From the IMG/VR virus record IMGVR_UViG_3300022747_000006, positions 1 to 49,661 of that record: a DNA stretch of 49,661 nt, one strand, 5' to 3'. This stretch comes from a virus. Below are positions 33,745 to 41,461 of this stretch, one piece after another. The notes under the pieces were generated by a model, which saw nothing but the letters and a program-made list of their open reading frames with translations, was not told the origin of the DNA and did not search any database. Within the stretch, counting starts at the first letter, position 1; every line of letters begins with the position of its first letter. Made by a program: the position numbers and the translations under genes.

Positions 33745-34037
33745 GCAACTCCCCCCTTATGAGAACTATTGAGCCCCTTAAGCAAACTAAAATCTGTCAC
33801 AAGAATATAATTGCTTTTAGGCATAGGTACTACACAATGTTTTTTAGCTTTGGCTAGTTTTTCACCACAAGATAGGCAAGTGATATAGCCAAGCAAGTAA
33901 CGACCACTTGAAATCTCTTCATCACATTGAACACAAGCATGACGGCCATCTGAACGGCATTGATAGACCCTCGTTTTGTTCCTGTCTTTAGGCCTATAAC
34001 CGATGAATCCTCGACCAACTGTTGTTGATTTTGCCAT
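33741..34037 (-). CDS. Zinc-finger protein, TraR/DksA C4-type-like
   Basis: 98 aa with CVQCDEEISSGRYLLGYITCLSCGEKL (CxxC-x17-CxxC). Confidence 0.4.
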   Translation of the reverse strand: MAKSTTVGRGFIGYRPKDRNKTRVYQCRSDGRHACVQCDEEISSGRYLLGYITCLSCGEKLAKAKKHCVVPMPKSNYILVTDFSLLKGLNSSHKGGVA

Positions 34038-34042
34038 GTCAT

Positions 34043-34063
34043 AAAATCCTAACGTTAAGAAAA
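34043..34063. promoter_or_regulatory. Operator-like motif, copy B (aaaatcCtaacgttaagaaaa)
   Basis: 20 of 21 bases identical to 35051..35071. It lies between the terminator of the first early gene and the ATG at 34037. Confidence 0.45.
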
Positions 34064-34081
34064 CCGCTGATTTTTACAGAC

Positions 34082-34108
34082 GAAAAAAAGCCCGCTCAAG
34101 GCGGGCTC
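34082..34108 (-). terminator. Rho-independent terminator after the first leftward gene
   Basis: Minus strand reads AGCCCGC-cttga-GCGGGCT followed by TTTTTTTCG, 18 nt after the stop of 34126..34995. Confidence 0.8.
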
Positions 34109-34125
34109 TTATGGGTTAAGGGGTT

Positions 34126-34995
34126 TTAGACAGGAGCATCCTCTTCGAATTCCACCTCAATATTGTGATGTTCAAGCATCATGATTTTGTATGTGGTTTC
34201 GTCAATCTGGCCATTCTCATATTGTGCCTCGATTGATTCCACACTGGGGACAGCCTGTGCCTTAGCCACCGCATTAGCGGCAATGGCAGAGACATCACCG
34301 TTTGTCTGGTGCAACATTGTGAGGGTTTCTGCCTGTTCGCGGTAAAGTCCCTCATAGGTGGCAAGCATGGATTTCAGCGCGGCAATGGCGGTGACATAGT
34401 CGCCCAAGTCGGTTTTTTCTGTGCGTGCCTGAATGTCAGCGGACAGTTTGACAAGCTTACCTGCCACACCCTCAGATTCACCACTGCTCGGCTTGGCATC
34501 GTCCAGCAAGGCCTTAATAGCATTAATGGGCATGAGTTTGCCATTAATGACGGGCAACTGGCCAAGGTGACAAAACAGTTTAGAAACATAGCTTTTCACC
34601 AGTGCATATGTGCCAGTACGCAAGCCAAGGCTGTATTCTTGCCATTGTTTCTCGATTGTCGCGGGCGTTTGTCCCTTGTTTTCCAAGTCTTTGGTAAAAA
34701 TGGGTTTCATATATTCCACCTCAATGTCACGCAAAGCGCCCCTGAATTCAGGTGTGATCTTTTCGTTATGGGGTGTCTGACCCTTGTATGCATCGAATCG
34801 GGGATTGTCAAGCATGTGTGCCAGCAATGTGAGCGCCCCCACACTGGCGTATTTGCCAGCATTTTGTTCTTTGCGGATTGATTTAATCGCGTCAATATCA
34901 GGGACAATATCGAACAGATCCAATTTCTCAGACTTATTTTTATCGTCAGTGATAATGACTTGATTGTCAGTGTAAGAGATAGTTTTCTTTGACAT
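34126..34995 (-). CDS. Hypothetical early protein (first gene of the leftward arm)
   Basis: 289-aa ORF, visibly GC-richer than its neighbours, with its own terminator. No recognisable family. Confidence 0.55.
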   Translation of the reverse strand: MSKKTISYTDNQVIITDDKNKSEKLDLFDIVPDIDAIKSIRKEQNAGKYASVGALTLLAHMLDNPRFDAYKGQTPHNEKITPEFRGALRDIEVEYMKPIFTKDLENKGQTPATIEKQWQEYSLGLRTGTYALVKSYVSKLFCHLGQLPVINGKLMPINAIKALLDDAKPSSGESEGVAGKLVKLSADIQARTEKTDLGDYVTAIAALKSMLATYEGLYREQAETLTMLHQTNGDVSAIAANAVAKAQAVPSVESIEAQYENGQIDETTYKIMMLEHHNIEVEFEEDAPV

Positions 34996-35050
34996 GATGT
35001 ACTTTCAGTTTGTAAGACTTGCCCCGTCATACTGTTTTGAATCAGGGTGC

Positions 35051-35071
35051 AAAATCTTAACGTTAAGAAAA
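35051..35071. promoter_or_regulatory. Operator-like motif, copy A (aaaatcttaacgttaagaaaa; 14-bp perfect palindrome TCTTAACGTTAAGA)
   Basis: Read directly. It sits 56 bp upstream of the ATG at 34995 on the minus strand. Confidence 0.45.
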
Positions 35072-35964
35072 GCAAACTACATTACTACAGGCGTAGTTTA
35101 CCCCTGAGTGCCCATCCCTCATTTTCACAGGCGTGCCGTACGATTACGGCTTGTGGCAAGTATAAAGGAACACCCTTACACAAGCCTTACAAGACTAGGG
35201 AACATCCCCACAAAGGCCTCTAGTATATCTGTAACCCGGCATCACCCGGTTATTCTCACCAGACTAGATTTCTCTGCTGTCTTGCCCTCAATTATAGGGG
35301 GGTTTGCTTACACCAACCTTACAACTTAGCTTTATAGGAAAGACAGTTGTAACAAAGTGTAACAGACACACCCAACATCAAGGACGTGGGAGCAGTGTAC
35401 ATGAAAAGAGGGGACGTGTCTGTCACATTGGAGACACCTAGAATATGGGGGTGGGACGTGTAGGTAAGCCCTTGATTTTAAAGTGTGATACTGGAAACAT
35501 CCCTCTTATGTCCTATTTCACCACATTTTAGGAAGGGGGGTGGGGGGAAAACTTGGGTTGGACTAATTGTGCGTAATGCACCATCCTACGCTGCTACTAT
35601 TTTTCAAAAAAGGGGACGTTAGTATGGGGAACGATTTAAACGAGTTTTAAGAGGTTTTTAATAGGAGTGGCTACATACCCCTATCCCTACCCATTACAGG
35701 AGCTTCTAGCATGGTTTAAAGCTGTTTTAGAGCTATTGCTGCTGCTCGGCTTAGGCCTCGCATGAAGTTACAAGCGTTATGGAAACCTTATTGTTTCTTT
35801 TGGACAGGAAGATGTTTGTTCTGTTTTGTTCAGCGCTTCGCGCGTATTGTATTTATTTAAATAATATATTTATTAAATAATATATATATATATAGTTATA
35901 TTAGGGTATCATACTTCTTGTTAAATGTCAAGATATATTTTTATAAATATTTTTTGTAAAACTA
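35072..35964. promoter_or_regulatory. ORF-poor divergent control region (candidate origin, packaging site or long leader)
   Basis: No credible ORF on either strand. Contents are itemised in the finding on the 35072..36098 control region. Confidence 0.5.
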
Positions 35965-35993
35965 TTGACTTTTGAATAAAACTATGGTATAAT
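35965..35993 (+). promoter_or_regulatory. Near-consensus sigma70 promoter with extended -10 for the rightward (structural) arm
   Basis: TTGACT (35965..35970), a 17-nt spacer whose last three bases are TGg, then TATAAT (35988..35993). An AT-rich UP-like block lies upstream. The first gene starts at 36099 after a GGAGG RBS. Confidence 0.75.
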
Positions 35994-36098
35994 GATAAGT
36001 ATACACTCGCTGCTTTTACAAGAGCAGCTCGTAAATAGACTAACAATCCTGTTAAAGAAGGAACTTCACATGGCTGCGCCCGACAACGGAGGTCAAAC

Positions 36099-36746
36099 AT
36101 GGCTTTGACCGACAATCCCAATACTAAAAATCGTAAACCTAAAATCCGTGCTGTTGATGCTAAAACCAACAAATCTTGGAGTGACAAACAAAAACTTGAG
36201 GCTGTTCAGTCTTGGTTGTTGCTTGGCAATTTAGCCCTAACCAGTCGTATTCTTGGAATTCCTGAAATTACGCTGCGCGTATGGAAAACCACAGACTGGT
36301 GGAAAAACGTAGTGGACGACATTAAACTTCAAGAAGACATGCAAATGTCTGCCAAACTGAAGAAAATTGTTGAGGCTAGTTTGGGGGCTGTTGAAGACAG
36401 GCTCACCAATGGTGATTGGATTTATGACCAAAAAACAGGGCAAATGATTCGTAAACAAGTGAACATGAAAGATGCTCACAAGGTTGCTGTTGACTTGATG
36501 GATAAGAAAGCAGTACTTGAAAAGGCTGCAGCGCCAGCAACAGTGGAACAAAAAGACGAAGATAGGTTGCTTAAACTGGCAGAGAAATTTGCTGAATTTG
36601 TCACAAAGAAAAAGGACGTAGTGATTGACGTCACTGACGTACAGGAGAAACAACATGCCGAGCAAGGAACGGTGGGAGAAAATGACTCCAGAACAGAAAG
36701 CTCAGTATTCAGTGAAAGCACGGGAATGGAAACAAAAGAACCGTGA
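36099..36746 (+). CDS. Terminase small subunit candidate (HTH protein)
   Basis: 215 aa and the first gene of the arm, upstream of terL. HTH-like LLLGNLALTSRILGIPEITLRVWK, followed by a charged coiled-coil region. Confidence 0.5.
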   Translation: MALTDNPNTKNRKPKIRAVDAKTNKSWSDKQKLEAVQSWLLLGNLALTSRILGIPEITLRVWKTTDWWKNVVDDIKLQEDMQMSAKLKKIVEASLGAVEDRLTNGDWIYDQKTGQMIRKQVNMKDAHKVAVDLMDKKAVLEKAAAPATVEQKDEDRLLKLAEKFAEFVTKKKDVVIDVTDVQEKQHAEQGTVGENDSRTESSVFSESTGMETKEP

Positions 36747-37098
36747 AAAATGGAATGAATATCAAAAAGAACGGTACTTAAAAGAAGTTGGAGTTCTTTC
36801 TAATAATATGCAGCATACTCCTGAATCTCGTGCACAATGGCATCGAGATAAAAGTAATGCCCGGTGTACTAGAGCAAAACAAGCCCGCTTTACCGATGAA
36901 TTAACAGACTTAATTACAAAAGAAGCACATGATTTACGTAAATTGAGAAATCTTTTTACAGGAATAGAGTGGCATGTAGATCATATTATTCCACTTAAGG
37001 GTGCAGACGTATGTGGTTTGCATATTTGGTCAAATCTTGCAGTGATACCTAAAGTAGAAAATCTGCGAAAGGGGAATAAAAATTCCTTATATGCGTAA
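36655..37098 (+). CDS. HNH endonuclease
   Basis: EWHVDHIIPLKGADVCGLHIWSNLAVIPKVENLRKGNK. The ATG at 36655 follows AGGAG; the track start at 36625 is less likely. It overlaps the terS-like 3' end. Confidence 0.75.
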   Translation: MPSKERWEKMTPEQKAQYSVKAREWKQKNREKWNEYQKERYLKEVGVLSNNMQHTPESRAQWHRDKSNARCTRAKQARFTDELTDLITKEAHDLRKLRNLFTGIEWHVDHIIPLKGADVCGLHIWSNLAVIPKVENLRKGNKNSLYA

Positions 37099-37390
37099 TG
37101 GAAAAAGAGATTACAAGACGGAGTATGCGAAGTACCACTCGACTCCGGAACAGCGACACAATCGGTCGGAACGGACAACCCTGAGGAATGAAGCCAATGC
37201 AAAAGGCATTACTCACAAAGGGGACGGAAAAGACCTTGACCACAAAAAACCCTTATCTAAGGGGGGCTCCAACACGTTGGCCAATGCCCGAGTGGTATCA
37301 GCAAGTACCAACCGAAGTTTCAGTCGAAACGCAGACGGAAGTTTGCGAAACCAGCAAAGCACACGAGAGCGTAAAGCAAAACACAAATGA
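37091..37390 (+). CDS. Small HNH endonuclease, terminase-associated type
   Basis: 99 aa with KDLDHKKPLSKGGSNTLANARVVSASTNRS (DH...GG.N...N...N). The stop overlaps the terL ATG (ATGA). Confidence 0.6.
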   Translation: MRNGKRDYKTEYAKYHSTPEQRHNRSERTTLRNEANAKGITHKGDGKDLDHKKPLSKGGSNTLANARVVSASTNRSFSRNADGSLRNQQSTRERKAKHK

Positions 37391-38904
37391 AGGTAACATC
37401 TGAAATTATCCAGGGTTTTGTAGGTTCTGTTCTCTCGTCTCGATTTGATGGACAGGCAGTAACCCCAGAATTTCATAAAGAATGTTGGGAACTTTGCTGT
37501 TCTCCTGAGAAGTTTGTTGCTATTTCTGCCCCACGCGGGCACGCTAAGTCCACGGCTGTAACTCTTGGTTATGGCTTGGCCACCTTGTTGTTCAGGGAAC
37601 GAAAGTTCATGCTCTTGGTGTCTGATACAGAATCTCAAGCGTCTCTGTTCTTAGGGACGTTTAAACAAGAACTTCAAGACAATCAAGAACTCATTGACTT
37701 GTTTGGATTGAAACGTAATGACAAGGGTTTGGTGACGTTTGTAAAAGACACTGAAACCGACATTGTGGTGGAATGTACGGACGGACATAAGTTTCGGATT
37801 ATTGCTAAGGGAGCGGAACAGAAGCTCCGTGGTCTAATCTGGAACGGGTCCCGCCCGGACATTATCATGTGTGACGATATGGAGAACGACGAACTGGTCT
37901 TGAATAAAGAACGTCGTGAAAAGATGCGTAAATGGTTTAAAGGAGCGCTTCTTCCTTGTCGTAGTGATAATGGTATTGTTCGTATTGTGGGAACAATTCT
38001 TCATGCAGACAGTATGCTGGAACGGCTTATGCCCAATCCATCAGATAAAACTACTGTAGTAGAAGAACTCAAACAATACAGTACCCGTAAGGGTATGTGG
38101 AAAGCAGTTAAATATCGAGCACACAATAGCGATTTTACAAAGCTCTTGTGGCCAGATAAGAAGAATGCTGCTGAATTTAAAATGCTATATGAAGAGGCGG
38201 TTAAAGACGGTACAACTGACATTTACAGTCAGGAATACTTGAATGAGCCTATTGACGAAGCGGTGTCTTTCTTTAAGAAAGCAGACTTCTTACCAATGAC
38301 TCAGGAAGACCGGTCTCTTAAACTCAACTACTACATTACAGCTGACTTGGCTATTTCTGAAACAGAAAAGGCCGACTTCTCAGTGTTTGTTATTGCAGGG
38401 GTTGATGAAGATAAACGAATTCACGTAAAGAATATTATCCGTGAGCGTATGGACGGTAAAGAGATTGTAGATACCTTTTTGGCTCTACAGAAGCTTTATG
38501 AGCCTATTGCCATGGGTGTTGAAGATATGCAAATCTCAAAGGCCATTGGCCCATTCCTACGTGAAGAGATGATTAAAAACAATACATTTATTTCATTGCT
38601 TCCTTTGAAGCATGGAGGTAAAGACAAACCCACTCGTGCAAGGAGCATTCAAGCCCGTCTTCGTGCACATGGACTTAAGTTTGACAAAGAAGGGGATTGG
38701 TATCCTATCTTTGAGAACGAATGTTTGGCCTTTCCTCGTGGTAAGCATGACGACCAGGTTGACGCATTTGCCTATTTAGGTTTGATGCTGGACAATCTGA
38801 TTGAAGCTCCAACAAAAGAAGAAATAGATGATGAATTGTATGCAGATGAAATGTCTGACAGTGGTCTAGATAGTCAAGGGCGTTCAACTTATACAGGTTA
38901 TTAA
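37387..38904 (+). CDS. terL: Terminase large subunit
   Basis: 505 aa with Walker A AISAPRGHAKST, Walker B DIIMCDDMEND and nuclease acidic residues (ITADLAISE..., KHDDQVDAFAY). Confidence 0.9.
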   Translation: MKVTSEIIQGFVGSVLSSRFDGQAVTPEFHKECWELCCSPEKFVAISAPRGHAKSTAVTLGYGLATLLFRERKFMLLVSDTESQASLFLGTFKQELQDNQELIDLFGLKRNDKGLVTFVKDTETDIVVECTDGHKFRIIAKGAEQKLRGLIWNGSRPDIIMCDDMENDELVLNKERREKMRKWFKGALLPCRSDNGIVRIVGTILHADSMLERLMPNPSDKTTVVEELKQYSTRKGMWKAVKYRAHNSDFTKLLWPDKKNAAEFKMLYEEAVKDGTTDIYSQEYLNEPIDEAVSFFKKADFLPMTQEDRSLKLNYYITADLAISETEKADFSVFVIAGVDEDKRIHVKNIIRERMDGKEIVDTFLALQKLYEPIAMGVEDMQISKAIGPFLREEMIKNNTFISLLPLKHGGKDKPTRARSIQARLRAHGLKFDKEGDWYPIFENECLAFPRGKHDDQVDAFAYLGLMLDNLIEAPTKEEIDDELYADEMSDSGLDSQGRSTYTGY

Positions 38905-38906
38905 AT

Positions 38907-40925
38907 ATGGATGAAACAAAACCGTTGGCGTCAATGATGGAAAGCATTAACATTGCTGAATCCCTTGACGATGCTCAACTTACAAAAATTGGTAAAGAAG
39001 CTTCTGCTGGTTTTGAACTTGACCATGACAGTCGCAAAGACTGGGAAAAGAACATTGATGAGTGGACCAAGCTTGCAAAGCAAACGGTAGAGCCTAAAAC
39101 CTACCCATGGCCTAAAGCTTCCAACATCAAATATCCTCTGCTCAGTACCGCTGCAATGCAGTTTGCTGCCCGAGCCTATCCTTCTTTGGTGCCTTCCAGT
39201 GGTAAGCTGGTTAATGCCCGTCCAGTAGGAAAAGATGCTACAGGGACAAAGAGCAAAATTGCTGAGGCTGTGTCAGTTTACATGTCTTATCAACTTCTTG
39301 AGGAAATGGATTCCTGGGAAGAAGAGATGGATAAGTTGCTCATCATGTTGCCTATTGTTGGCACCATGTTTAAGAAAACTTATTGGGACCCTCTGAAAGA
39401 AACCAACTGCTCGCATGTTGTGCTTCCTAAGAACCTCATTGTGAACTACTGGGCACGTAGCCTAAAGGATGCAGAACGTATCTCGGAAATCCTGGAGGTG
39501 TCTCCACGGAAAGTAAAAGAACGTCAGCAAAGCGGTTTGTGGCTTGACATTGACTTTGGTCGTGCACCCCAACCAGAAAAGAATGCTCCTGTTCCAATGG
39601 CAGTGGATGAAACAACTCCATTTACTTTCATTGAACAGCACACCTTCTTGGATTTGGATGAAGACGGTTACAAAGAACCCTATGTAGTCACTTTCCATAA
39701 GGAAAGCAAAAAGGTTGTTCGTATTGTAGCACGTTTTGACGAAACAACCATAAAACTGGATGCTCAGGGCAATCTGCAAAAGATTGATCCTATTCAGTTC
39801 TACACAAAGTTTGGTTTCATTCCTAACCCCGATGGTGGGTTTTATGATATTGGCTTTGGTGTGCTGCTTGGTCCTCTAAACGAATCTGTAAACACCGTGA
39901 TTAACCAATTGCTTGATGCAGGACATTTGTCCACATTGCAAGCAGGCTTTATTGGTAAGGGTTTGCGTATTCGTATGGGAGATACTCGCTTCCTTCCAGG
40001 TGAATGGAAAGCAGTTAACTCCACAGGTGCTGACCTTAAACAACAAATTGTTCCTCTCCCAACAAAAGAACCATCCAACGTATTGTTCCAATTGATGGGA
40101 AGTTTGATTACTTCTGGCAAAGAGCTTGCTTCGGTCGCTGAGATTTTTACAGGTAAAATGCCTGGACAAAATACTCCTGCAACAACCACAATGGCCACTG
40201 TTGAACAGGGCATGAAAGTGTTCACTGCAGTGTATAAGCGACTCTATCGTAGCTTGACAGAAGAATTTCTTAAGCTTGCACGACTCAATCGCATGTATCT
40301 CAACCCACAGACCTTTGTGGAAGTTGTAGAAGAAGAGATTGGTCCAGAAGCTTTTGATGTAAAACAACATAAAATTTATCCTGGAGCTGATCCAACAGCT
40401 GTGTCTCAAACAGAGCGTTTGATGAAAGCACAAGGTTTGATGGAATTGCTTCCAACAGGGATTCTTGATCCTGTCAAAGTGGTTATGCGAGTGCTTGAAG
40501 CACAAGAGCAGCCCAATTGGCAAGAGATTATGAACCCACAAGTGCTACAGAGTGGTCAAATGCCACAGCAACCTGATCCAAAAGCCATGGAAATGCAGAT
40601 GAAAGGGCAATTGGAACAGCAGAAAATCCAAATGCAGAGTCAAGCACAACAGCATAAAATGCAATTGGAAGAGCGTAGTCAACAAGTTCAACTGGCAATG
40701 AAGCAACAGGAGCATGCACAAGACATGCAACACCGTGCTGACATGGCTAATATCCAGGCTGCAGAGGCCGTACATAAGCAACGAGTGTTTTCTGCTACAG
40801 AACAAGCAGCATTCATTCAAAAATTGATGCATGCTGACGCTGCACACACACAAAAGTTGCAACATACCTCTCAAGCAGCTAAACAGCAGGCTAAGAAGCC
40901 GACAAAAGGAGCGAAAGCAGATTGA
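38907..40925 (+). CDS. Portal protein
   Basis: 672 aa directly after terL. YPWPKASNIKYPLLSTAAMQFAARAYP is a portal-type motif. Long Gln-rich C-terminal coiled coil. Confidence 0.8.
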   Translation: MDETKPLASMMESINIAESLDDAQLTKIGKEASAGFELDHDSRKDWEKNIDEWTKLAKQTVEPKTYPWPKASNIKYPLLSTAAMQFAARAYPSLVPSSGKLVNARPVGKDATGTKSKIAEAVSVYMSYQLLEEMDSWEEEMDKLLIMLPIVGTMFKKTYWDPLKETNCSHVVLPKNLIVNYWARSLKDAERISEILEVSPRKVKERQQSGLWLDIDFGRAPQPEKNAPVPMAVDETTPFTFIEQHTFLDLDEDGYKEPYVVTFHKESKKVVRIVARFDETTIKLDAQGNLQKIDPIQFYTKFGFIPNPDGGFYDIGFGVLLGPLNESVNTVINQLLDAGHLSTLQAGFIGKGLRIRMGDTRFLPGEWKAVNSTGADLKQQIVPLPTKEPSNVLFQLMGSLITSGKELASVAEIFTGKMPGQNTPATTTMATVEQGMKVFTAVYKRLYRSLTEEFLKLARLNRMYLNPQTFVEVVEEEIGPEAFDVKQHKIYPGADPTAVSQTERLMKAQGLMELLPTGILDPVKVVMRVLEAQEQPNWQEIMNPQVLQSGQMPQQPDPKAMEMQMKGQLEQQKIQMQSQAQQHKMQLEERSQQVQLAMKQQEHAQDMQHRADMANIQAAEAVHKQRVFSATEQAAFIQKLMHADAAHTQKLQHTSQAAKQQAKKPTKGAKAD

Positions 40926-41131
40926 ACAAAGCAGATTTTGTAGATTGGAAACGTCACCCGGTCACTCAGGTGGTTTTCAGTCAATTAAAAGCCCGTATTC
41001 AGGATTTGCAAGACATGCTTGGGGAGAGTGCAGGACAAAACCCTCTCCAAGACACACAATTTGTAGGTGCAATTAAAGCTTACAAAGACATGTTGTTGAT
41101 TGATTTTGAAGAAACTGAGGAGACTCAATGA
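40922..41131 (+). CDS. Hypothetical head-module protein
   Basis: 69-aa ORF with a TTG start overlapping the portal stop (TTGA). Confidence 0.35.
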   Translation: MNKADFVDWKRHPVTQVVFSQLKARIQDLQDMLGESAGQNPLQDTQFVGAIKAYKDMLLIDFEETEETQ

Positions 41132-41451
41132 TTATTCCAACACTCCATCGAATTCTTGTCAAGGCAGACAAGCTCGAAGAAGTAGATAAAACCCATGTTA
41201 AGGCCCGTCAGCTCGGTTTGGTAATTCCAGACAGTGATGACAACAAACGAGCCCAAGCGGGGGTAGACAGAGGCACTGTGGTGTCAGTCGGTCCAACCGC
41301 ATTCCGTGATTTCAATGCTGAAAGCCCAATTAAAGTAGGCGACTATATTGCATATGCACGATTTGCTGGTAAGATGCTTACTGATCCTGCAACTGAAGAA
41401 GACTTCGTTATCCTAAACGACGAAGACATTGTCTGTATTTTTAAAGACTAA
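41128..41451 (+). CDS. GroES/Cpn10-like co-chaperonin
   Basis: 107 aa. IIPTLHRILVKADKLEE...GLVIPDS...RGTVVSVGP...IKVGDYIAY...FVILNDEDIVCI aligns by eye with GroES IRPLHDRVIVKRKEVE...GIVLTGS...RGEVLAVGN...VKVGDIVIF...VLIMSESDILAI. Confidence 0.6.
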   Translation: MIIPTLHRILVKADKLEEVDKTHVKARQLGLVIPDSDDNKRAQAGVDRGTVVSVGPTAFRDFNAESPIKVGDYIAYARFAGKMLTDPATEEDFVILNDEDIVCIFKD

Positions 41452-41461
41452 GGAGGCCTAG

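Noticed and set aside
35108-35329. 73-aa plus-strand ORF inside the non-coding control region
   Set aside because: GTG start without an RBS, Arg/Thr/Ser/Ile-rich peptide, upstream of and unrelated to the strong rightward promoter. It more likely occurs by chance in repeat-rich regulatory DNA.
35850-35960. Possible CRISPR array or tandem-repeat locus, considering (TA)7, the AT palindromes and the short repeats at 35087..35620
   Set aside because: The repeats are 6-12 bp, irregularly spaced and not separated by unique spacers of constant length. There are no cas genes. The pattern fits regulatory or origin DNA, not CRISPR.
35072-35964. tRNA or other classical RNA gene in the non-coding region, and elsewhere in the window
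   Set aside because: I found no GTTCRANYC T-loop with a matching acceptor or anticodon arm arrangement while reading either strand. This was only a visual scan, so tRNAscan-SE or ARAGORN should confirm it.
35921-36187. 88-aa minus-strand ORF overlapping the rightward promoter and the terS-like start
   Set aside because: It overlaps the -35/-10 elements and 5' leader of the structural operon and is antisense to the first gene. No RBS.
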